From the NCBI RefSeq assembly GCF_000406145.1, contig NZ_CM001976.1, positions 1,525,315-1,557,314 on the forward strand: a stretch of DNA of 32,000 nucleotides, given 5' to 3'. The position numbers and the translations under genes are program-made. The notes beneath the pieces were generated by a model. It worked only from the letters and a program-made list of their open reading frames with translations. It did not search any database and was not told the DNA's origin. Source of the DNA: Dickeya dadantii NCPPB 898. Its GTDB lineage: Bacteria > Pseudomonadota > Gammaproteobacteria > Enterobacterales > Enterobacteriaceae. Shown here one piece after another: positions 1 to 9,322 of this stretch; within the stretch, counting starts at the first letter, position 1, and each line of letters opens with the position of its first letter.

Positions 1-1307
1 AATGACCAAAATCTTGAAAAATAGCACTAAGGCAACGGTGCCATGTCCTTATATCAATGCTGGCAACATCAATCCCGTTCCAGGTAATACGACCGGATGT
101 GGGGTGGTACAAACGGCAGAGCAGCTTAATCAGTGTTGATTTACCTGCGCCATTTTCACCAACAATAGAAAGATGGTCACCAGCATGGATCGTTAGATTA
201 ATATTGCTGAGAACGTTGTGGCCGTTTTCATAAGAAAAGGAAACATTTTCAAACTTGATTTCATTTAGAGGAGGTATCTCAGAGAGGGGGTTGCTGTTCT
301 CCTGCGCAACGCTTTCAAGTTCTCGCAGTCGAGCAAAGAAACTAAAACAGACGCCGATATTAGCAAAGGAATACACCATCCACTGGCAAGATAAACCAAA
401 GAAAGAAATTGATTGTATGGTGCCCAGTAACCCTCCGACAGAAATTTTGCCTGCCTGAAGGTATTCAACAAACCAGTACATAACACCCAGGATAGATGCC
501 AGATATAAAAGATTCCATGGCTGGGGTCTGAGTAATTGTTTGCGTCTGACCTGATTTAGTTCATTTTCCAGCTCTTCGAATGCCTGCGTGTGTTTGGTGA
601 AAAAAAATGATGCTGAACGGAAAATTCTGACCTCTTTAGCTAGCTTCACATCAAGTAGAACAGCCAGATAATACCTTATCAGGCGAGCAGCGGTACCTTT
701 TCCCAGCAGAGCCCGAAAAATATCGATTTGTGAAAGCGCAACAGTAAAAGTGATCGGGATAAGCGGCAGAAGAAATGCCAGAGGAAACCACCAGACAACT
801 GAAGCCAGTACCAGAGACAAAGACAACAGCGTTAGTATGCCGCGAAATATATCAACAAGATTAACCAGAAGGTTCAGCGGACGGTGAGCAGCTTCTCTTG
901 AAAGAACCTCAAGATTATCGTGTATGTCCGGTTTCTCGATAATTTTCAGGTCTTCAATGCGGCAGGCTGCCTCCATAATAGTTCGTTGCGTCAGATAGGT
1001 GGCATGCTGATTCAGTATGCTTTGTAGAGTACTGATAATGGGAGCCAGCACGACCGGGGAAGACAAATGTCAGTGCCCAGAATACTGCCACGGTCATCAG
1101 ACCTGAATGATCCGGGCTACTGATGATATTTCCGAGCCGGATGCTTGCCATCACACTCATGGTAGGCAATAACCCCTGCAGGGCAATGAGGATGATAAAC
1201 AGCGTGGATAGCCATGGTGATCTCCTGAATAGCAATGAAAGCGAATAGGTCACCAGATTCAGTTTTTCTTTTACCTTCTGCATCAGAAAAGCTCCATTGT
1301 CAGGCAT
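1..1307 (-). pseudogene. ABC exporter with fused permease and ATP-binding domains (type I exporter, MsbA/MdlB-like); reading frame interrupted; 3' end lies beyond window start
   Basis: The minus-strand frame covering 1-1069 is open to the window edge. It reads ...PVVLAPIISTLQSILNQ...VRIFRSASFFFTKH...FENVSFSYENGHNVLSNINLTIHAGDHLSIVGENGAGKSTLIKLLCRLYHPTSGRITWNG (Walker A GENGAGKST). The hydrophobic N-terminus (track ORF 954-1307, ...LFIILIALQGLLP...AVFWALTFVFPG) is in another frame. Removing one base of the G4 run 1056-1059 would join them as ...ALTFVFPVVLAPIIS.... The probable start is ATG 1283 (TGATG overlap with the upstream stop) or 1307. Confidence 0.7.
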
Positions 1308-2137
1308 TTCCCGTTCGGGAAAATGACAAATTCATCAAAATGTCGGGGAGTATTCAGAATTAGCTCCATCGCATCCCTGGTTTCCGTTCTGTAGAGGGAG
1401 GATATCATTTTTACACGGTATGTCTGGTTACCCATTTTTTTGCACGCATGCCGTACAGAGTGTGTTGATAGTGAATGCCCATCTGGCGTTGCCAGAAATG
1501 TCATGTTTTCAGAAAACACGCCGTATGATGTGATATCGATGCTTCCATGAAATTTATTTCCGAGAGTCTGACAGAGCGAAGGGTAATGGAGCCATGAAGT
1601 GTGCGTTGCATGAAAGTTGTGGCAGATGACAAAAATTAATTCATAACCAAGCTGGATAGCTAACCCGATCTTCTCTGCCATAGCGGTCTCACGCTGTTCC
1701 GGCGTTGCTCCAGTCATACTTAATGTACTTTGTCGATCAAACTCCAGCAAACTGATCAACAGACGCTGCTCAGCAAGAGGAACTAAGCGAATACTTTTAA
1801 TATAATTTTCATGAAGTGTTGTGGATAAAGGTAAATCAATTCCCGCAATAACGCATGTTGCAGGTAAAGCACGGAGGAAAGTTGCAAACTCCTCAGAACG
1901 CATCCACCAGTACGCCGACGATGTAAGGTACGACATGTCCCCGGTATTTATTTTTCTAAAGCGTCTGAGTGCAAACACAATCAGGTCTATAGTCGGACAT
2001 TCGACAAGAACTATGCTACGTAACTCCCTTCGGAGCTTATGTATAAAGGCATTCCGAAACGCCCATGACTCGTCTGAACCATGGCTGTTCTGACCAATAA
2101 AATAAATATGCTTTTTAGCCTGCTTTGTATACAACAT
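1283..2137 (-). CDS. Erythromycin esterase (EreA/EreB)-like hydrolase, ChaN/TraB/TIKI superfamily
   Basis: 284-aa ORF with three motifs in the family-typical order: FIGQNSHGSDE (GExxHGxxE-like), RETAMAEKI (RDxxMAEN-like) and VICHNFHAT (AHNxH-like). Its start overlaps the upstream gene by 23 nt and its stop overlaps the ABC start. The family call rests on remembered motifs, not on an HMM run. Confidence 0.6.
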   Translation of the reverse strand: MLYTKQAKKHIYFIGQNSHGSDESWAFRNAFIHKLRRELRSIVLVECPTIDLIVFALRRFRKINTGDMSYLTSSAYWWMRSEEFATFLRALPATCVIAGIDLPLSTTLHENYIKSIRLVPLAEQRLLISLLEFDRQSTLSMTGATPEQRETAMAEKIGLAIQLGYELIFVICHNFHATHTSWLHYPSLCQTLGNKFHGSIDITSYGVFSENMTFLATPDGHSLSTHSVRHACKKMGNQTYRVKMISSLYRTETRDAMELILNTPRHFDEFVIFPNGKCLTMELF

Positions 2138-3641
2138 TCATACTCCGCGCTATAAGGTGATGTTGTCTTAATAAATACCGTTCATCACGAGAAAAATAGC
2201 TGTCAATCTGTTCAAGAGGGGTAGTAGGGAAGAAATCAGGGAATTCGTTTTTCTCTCCATCAAATAAACTGCGTGAATTAATAAAAAGATGAAACAGAGG
2301 AATGTCATAGTTTGTAAGGCAGGATACTTCATATAATATAAGACTCTGAAACTTGGGGTGTGAACCGGGGTAGAGTAAAAATTCATCAATTAACGCTGGT
2401 AGCTTTTCTTTGATATTTATGCTTGTCTCTGGGTGAATTATTTTGTTAATGATAAGTAGATAATAAGCTGTTGTGCGAACGAGGTAACGTGGTTTAATTT
2501 CTGAGTGGTTTTTCAGGAGGGAAATTATTCTCGCATGGTTTTTTTTTAATTTGAGAAACGTGTCGGTATATCCCTCTGTTACATCAGAAATATGCTTCTT
2601 AGCGTTCACCGGAAGACCGTGGTAGTGTGGGAAATTTTGTGTCCGTTTGGCAAATCCTCGCTCATATCGAACCTGAATATTTTCAGTCGCATCATGGATG
2701 GCGTGAGGATAGGTAAAAGACTGAAATATATTGGTGACAGCGGTAAGCGCTGATGTATGCCCTAGTCCATTCTTGACAACATCCGGGCTCTGAAGCAATC
2801 CGCTTTGATATATAGAACGTTCAAATTCCGGGGCGTCATCAAAAAAATACTGGAAGCTGGTTTCGGGATCTATCAGCCATACAGTGCCAGCATCTACAAT
2901 GAAGTTATCAAAATGACAGTCATTGATATTCAGAAGATCGGCTAGAGCTAAAATATTACCGTATCTTCTGTAAACTTTAGCTGCATCCACGCTGGAATCC
3001 AGGCCCCTGTTTTCGACAAATTCCTGCCACAAATGTGTTTTAAAACTAAGTGTCACAGGGCAGACATTAGCTAACCCGATAATGTTGCAGATCTCATTAA
3101 GTACATTTTCAATGCCAGAATCTCTGGGTTTGTAAATAAGCTTGAAGCTTCCGAGGGCTAGTATCACTGGTTGTTGTCCATTGTCATGCCGGTCACCAGC
3201 AGCTAAAGACAGCTTTCCCGGAGTTGAAAAAAGTGGTGGGCAATTATAAATATCAATAAGTAACTTATGTTCCTCGATCAAGCGGATAAGAAAATTATTT
3301 ATGTTTGCGATAGTGGTATCACAGATATGTTCTGCCAGTTGACTAATATATTGATTGTTGTTTCTTAGCCCTGGTAGCCAGGAATTATCATCATTCTTGA
3401 AATAGGAAGTATATCTATCTGAATGTGAATCGGGTTGTGTTTTCAGCCATTCATCGAAATTAACAACAAAATCAGGAAGGTGGATTTGATCAAGTGATTC
3501 AGAGATACTCAATGATACATCTGTAAAATCGAGGTGATGCAGACCATAATCAGTCAGCATCTGCTGCATCTTTTGGTTAAAATTTCTTAGATATGGGAAA
3601 TAGAGGTAAGCACGATATGGTTCTGACAGTATGTAGCGCAT
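2115..3641 (-). CDS. Stand-alone LanM N-terminal (DUF4135, lipid-kinase-like dehydratase domain) homologue without a LanC cyclase domain
   Basis: 508-aa ORF with an AAGGA Shine-Dalgarno 9 nt upstream of ATG 3641. It has the ordered signature blocks AAGDRHDNGQ (GDxHxxG), LIYKPRD (YKPR), NDCHFDNFIV (DxHxEN) and WLIDPETSF (IDxE) known from class II lanthipeptide synthetase dehydratase domains. The protein ends after this domain. Confidence 0.7.
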   Translation of the reverse strand: MRYILSEPYRAYLYFPYLRNFNQKMQQMLTDYGLHHLDFTDVSLSISESLDQIHLPDFVVNFDEWLKTQPDSHSDRYTSYFKNDDNSWLPGLRNNNQYISQLAEHICDTTIANINNFLIRLIEEHKLLIDIYNCPPLFSTPGKLSLAAGDRHDNGQQPVILALGSFKLIYKPRDSGIENVLNEICNIIGLANVCPVTLSFKTHLWQEFVENRGLDSSVDAAKVYRRYGNILALADLLNINDCHFDNFIVDAGTVWLIDPETSFQYFFDDAPEFERSIYQSGLLQSPDVVKNGLGHTSALTAVTNIFQSFTYPHAIHDATENIQVRYERGFAKRTQNFPHYHGLPVNAKKHISDVTEGYTDTFLKLKKNHARIISLLKNHSEIKPRYLVRTTAYYLLIINKIIHPETSINIKEKLPALIDEFLLYPGSHPKFQSLILYEVSCLTNYDIPLFHLFINSRSLFDGEKNEFPDFFPTTPLEQIDSYFSRDERYLLRQHHLIARSMNVVYKAG

Positions 3642-3661
3642 ACATCTTATCCTTTCTTCCT

Positions 3662-3692
3662 AAAAAAGGGCAGCCGATGGCCGCCCTTTTTT
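3662..3692 (-). terminator. Rho-independent hairpin between the peptide gene and the DUF4135 gene (probable partial terminator/attenuator)
   Basis: The plus strand reads AAAAAAGGGCAGCCGATGGCCGCCCTTTTTT. On the minus transcript this gives GGGCGGCC-AUC-GGCUGCCC, 8 bp including one G-U pair, followed by U6. On the plus strand the same position is an A-C mismatch, so the structure is better in the operon direction. Confidence 0.6.
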
Positions 3693-3693
3693 A

Positions 3694-3873
3694 TCAATTA
3701 AAGAATTCTTCAGTAATTTCCTGAAGCTCTTTGATTAGTACTTCTTCCGAGGAGATATTAATACCACCACCTCCGCAGTCGCAGGTACCACTGGCGCAGT
3801 CAACACCACTATTAGCCATATAACCGCGAATATCGGAGATCTTACTCGGTGCTACTTCGATAATACGTTCCAT
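3694..3873 (-). CDS. 59-aa Cys/Gly-rich peptide, candidate RiPP precursor (below the 60-aa ORF-track cutoff)
   Basis: My own translation of the minus strand gives MERIIEVAPSKISDIRGYMANSGVDCASGTCDCGGGGINISSEEVLIKELQEITEEFFN. ATG 3873 is preceded by GAGGTAACAA (good SD). It is the first gene of the operon and is followed by a hairpin terminator. Confidence 0.65.
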   Translation of the reverse strand: MERIIEVAPSKISDIRGYMANSGVDCASGTCDCGGGGINISSEEVLIKELQEITEEFFN

Positions 3874-4697
3874 TTGTTACCTCAGATTTTGTCAATTACT
3901 ATGTAAGTGGATAAAAATGTCTTCGCGAGATACAACTTTTGTGTACACGGAGAAAGCATAAAATGGGAATAATAGATTAAAATGTGATCTGTCTCTGATA
4001 AATCATCTGATGGTAATTTGATTTTTTATTTTCCAGTGATTTGAGTTTTTTTGTTCTTATGTATAGTTTCTTTTTCTATGATCTCTAATGTTTTTTCATT
4101 ATGTGCAAACAATATGCATTTTTACTATTCATGTTTTGTTTCATATTTTACCCCTATTGAGGGTGTGAAATTATGGTAATTAAGTGAAAGATTAAAAATC
4201 TAATGAAGGGACATTAAGCGATTATTCATTGCACGGACAGTAACATATATCAGATTTGGGAATTTTTTCTTTAGCACAAGTAAATAAATTTACTTATGGT
4301 AATAATTTATTTTGATGAAAGTTATTTATTGGGAGCGATAAAATATCGAGCAGATTGATTTATGTAGCGGACATTCTGGATGTACTAATGTCTATGATAA
4401 ACTACAGTTTGTTCAATGTGTTCGGAAAGAATTATACAGAAATGCTCGATCTTTAACTGAATATTAATGTTTGTTTAATAAAATTATAATGAATTTTTAG
4501 TTCGCAATAATGTTTGATTCATTCTCAGGGAAAGACCGTTAATTGGCATAATTACTGTATCTGGTTTCAAGTCAGCTTCACGGCTGTTCGGTGTTCACTT
4601 TACTTCAGCCATGGCGTATTGCATTGCTAACTAAAAGAATAGCACTTGTACTGACGGGGACTACTTCAAGGTTATCCATTAATCAATCTACTGAAGA

Positions 4698-5044
4698 CTA
4701 AGGCAACATGATGGCTATTTTCTCTACTCTGGGTATTAACGAAGGAGACATCCGCTTACCGGTCACGACACCTGCCAAATTCAATGCAGCGCTGTTTTCA
4801 CCCGCCCCTTCTGTAATGCGTAACGCATGATGGTGCACAGGTGCTGCCGGGTACGGGACGCCACTCCCAGCAAGCCTTTTTTCTCTATGCCTTTCAGCAG
4901 GTCGATGAAATGGCGGGGTTTCAGCTCCGTGACGGGCTGGTGCCCGATGACCGGAAAGAGATGGTTGTTCGTGCTGGCAAGCAGACGAACGGCATGGTTC
5001 TCTGGCCATGTCCGGTTGCGCTTATGCCAGTCCACACTAACATG
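4698..5044 (-). pseudogene. P4-type (tyrosine) integrase fragment, truncated at both ends and frameshifted
   Basis: Track ORF 4781-5035 (DWHKRNRTWPENHAVRLL...LFPVIGHQPVTELKPRHFIDLLKGIEKKGLLGVASRTRQHLCTIMRYALQKG) matches the N-terminal SAM-like/arm region of CP4-57/P4 integrases. The continuation (ALNLAGVVTGKRMSPSL...) is in another frame (ORF 4698-5009). The catalytic domain is absent. Confidence 0.75.
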
Positions 5045-5078
5045 TCAGCAACACTGATATAAGACCGCAAATTTAATT

Positions 5079-5507
5079 TTAAGTTTTTTGGCGAGAAAAT
5101 CTTATCTTGACGGGGCTTCCATTCAAAGTCAGTGAGCGTACCTCACCAGGTATCATGACGCCAGCCCAGTTAAACGTCTTCTCATTGCGCACAGCCTGAA
5201 AACGAACAGTATATTCCTGATTTTCCTTCTTAACCTGGAGCGTAAGTAACTCCGATTTTCCATTGCTCTGTGCATAGTGAGTTTGTGGGACAACAAGGCC
5301 TATTCCCTGAGGTGGGAACGGTTTTCCGTTGATTTCAACCAGCAACCAGAAAGATTCATTTGGGTCGCCACACTCCTTTACTGTCTGCTTAGGTTCTCCA
5401 AATGCTTCGAAAGTTACTGTTGGGCATAGCTCTGGAAACTCACTGGCGGCATTGCTAGCGTTTGAAATGAAAAATGCAAGAGCGGGGATGAGTATCTGAA
5501 TTTTCAT
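5079..5507 (-). CDS. Hypothetical small secreted protein (N-terminal signal peptide)
   Basis: 142-aa ORF. Its N-terminus MKIQILIPALAFFISNASNA/ASE has an n-h-c signal-peptide layout with an AxA-like cleavage site. I recognise no family. Confidence 0.55.
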   Translation of the reverse strand: MKIQILIPALAFFISNASNAASEFPELCPTVTFEAFGEPKQTVKECGDPNESFWLLVEINGKPFPPQGIGLVVPQTHYAQSNGKSELLTLQVKKENQEYTVRFQAVRNEKTFNWAGVMIPGEVRSLTLNGSPVKIRFSRQKT

Positions 5508-5685
5508 AGGAAGCCATGTTTTGTAAGGTTATTAAATCTAATCTGCAACAAACAAAAAAAACTTAATAGGAAAATTAATATGGCAACACAGAACTGGGAG
5601 GCCATCGAGACAGCATACTGGGATAGGTATGATACTTTTGCATGAAAGTGTCAGACTCGATTTTTACGCAATGTATCGAAAAAGA

Positions 5686-5721
5686 TATTCTGAAATGGTT
5701 TTCTGAAAGTATTCTGAAATG
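5686..5721. repeat. Three tandem 12-bp repeats (TATTCTGAAATG / GTTTTCTGAAAG / TATTCTGAAATG)
   Basis: Read directly: the units are 5686-5697, 5698-5709 and 5710-5721. Units 1 and 3 are identical and unit 2 matches at 9/12. The array lies 34 bp beyond the tRNA-Asn 3' end, on the island side. Confidence 0.85.
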
Positions 5722-5754
5722 CAAAGGGCTGCATACGCAACCCCTTGATAAATT

Positions 5755-5830
5755 TGGCTCCTCTGACTGGACTCGAACCAGTGACATACGGATTAACAGT
5801 CCGCCGTTCTACCGACTGAACTACAGAGGA
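5755..5830 (-). tRNA. asnT-like: tRNA-Asn (anticodon GUU)
   Basis: The reverse complement reads TCCTCTGTAGTTCAGTCGGTAGAACGGCGGACTGTTAATCCGTATGTCACTGGTTCGAGTCCAGTCAGAGGAGCCA. It is 76 nt with a cloverleaf, a CT-GTT-AA anticodon loop and an encoded CCA, and matches the enterobacterial tRNA-Asn as I remember it. Confidence 0.97.
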
Positions 5831-5848
5831 ATCGTTGGAACGGGGCGC

Positions 5849-5877
5849 ATAATAACGAGGTCTGCCGTGCATGTCAA
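5849..5877 (-). promoter_or_regulatory. Sigma-70 promoter of tRNA-Asn with GC-rich discriminator
   Basis: The minus strand reads TTGACA (5877-5872), a 17-bp spacer, TATTAT (5854-5849), then GCGCCCC. That is typical of a stringently controlled stable-RNA promoter, and it lies ~19 nt upstream of the tRNA 5' end. Confidence 0.6.
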
Positions 5878-5992
5878 AGGTGTAAACCACATTTTTGACG
5901 CGTTTGGCGAGGGAGTGCGCAATATCTCGACTTTTTCACACGATCGTCTTGATTGAACTGCGTTTTACGTTATGTCGCGGTGGTAAAACAGC

Positions 5993-6022
5993 GGGCCGGC
6001 AGTCGCGCGATGCTGCCGGCCC
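5993..6022 (-). terminator. Hairpin terminator downstream of lacZ
   Basis: GGGCCGGCAG (5993-6002) pairs with CTGCCGGCCC (6013-6022), giving a 10-bp GC stem. On the minus transcript it is followed by GCUGUUUU. Confidence 0.6.
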
Positions 6023-6029
6023 GGCGGGG

Positions 6030-9158
<3,129 letters not shown>

Positions 9159-9209
9159 TTATTGGCTGAAAGTGAATGGCTGAAAGCGCCTGACAGGCGG
9201 ATGAACAGG

Positions 9210-9230
9210 ATTTGTTATCCGCTCACAATT
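9210..9230 (-). promoter_or_regulatory. lacO: lac operator (O1-like LacI binding site)
   Basis: The minus strand reads AATTGTGAGCGGATAACAAAT, a 20/21 match to E. coli O1 (AATTGTGAGCGGATAACAATT). It lies 67 bp upstream of the lacZ ATG. Confidence 0.88.
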
Positions 9231-9237
9231 TACTGGC

Positions 9238-9266
9238 AGGATCGCGGCTTGCCGCGCGTGAGTAAA
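9238..9266 (-). promoter_or_regulatory. Putative lacZ promoter (-35 TTTACT, 17-bp spacer, -10 GATCCT)
   Basis: The layout mirrors E. coli lacP. The -35 is at 9266-9261, the weak -10 at 9243-9238, and the operator starts 7 nt downstream of the -10. Confidence 0.5.
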
Positions 9267-9283
9267 GCGCAAGGGCGCCGGAA

Positions 9284-9299
9284 AGTGGTGTCGATCACA
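9284..9299 (-). promoter_or_regulatory. Putative CRP site (TGTGATCGACACCACT)
   Basis: The left half-site TGTGA is perfect and the right half is degenerate. The distance from TGTGA to the -35 hexamer is 33 nt, which I count as the same as in E. coli lacP. Confidence 0.5.
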
Positions 9300-9322
9300 A
9301 AACCGGCGTCAGGGGGAATGGG

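Noticed and set aside
1283-2137. Possibility that the 284-aa protein is the missing LanC-like cyclase
   Set aside because: None of the LanC zinc-site motifs (GxxHG...WCxG...CHG) are present. The motifs that are present fit the erythromycin esterase family instead.
255-2389. Small ORFs 255-458(+), 265-486(-), 1821-2093(+) and 2168-2389(-)
   Set aside because: They are out-of-frame or antisense ORFs inside the ABC, EreA-like and DUF4135 genes.
4650-4670. Possible degenerate att repeat (CTGACGGGGACT...) resembling the tRNA-Asn 3' segment CTGACTGGACTCGAACC
   Set aside because: Only ~11 of the first 13 positions match, with a gap, and similarity then disappears. That is too weak to call a direct repeat. 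The real distal att site, if any, is probably outside the window.
3900-4700. Very short ORFs (14-26 codons) in the AT-rich spacer, e.g. MFFHYVQTICIFTIHVLFHILPLLRV
   Set aside because: They have no Shine-Dalgarno sequences and no similarity to the 59-aa peptide (no second GGGG/Cys-rich copy). ORFs of this size are expected by chance in AT-rich DNA.
5575-5956. ORFs 5575-5787(-), 5642-5956(+) and 5651-5890(-)
   Set aside because: They run through the tRNA-Asn gene and its promoter, and no coding evidence supports them.
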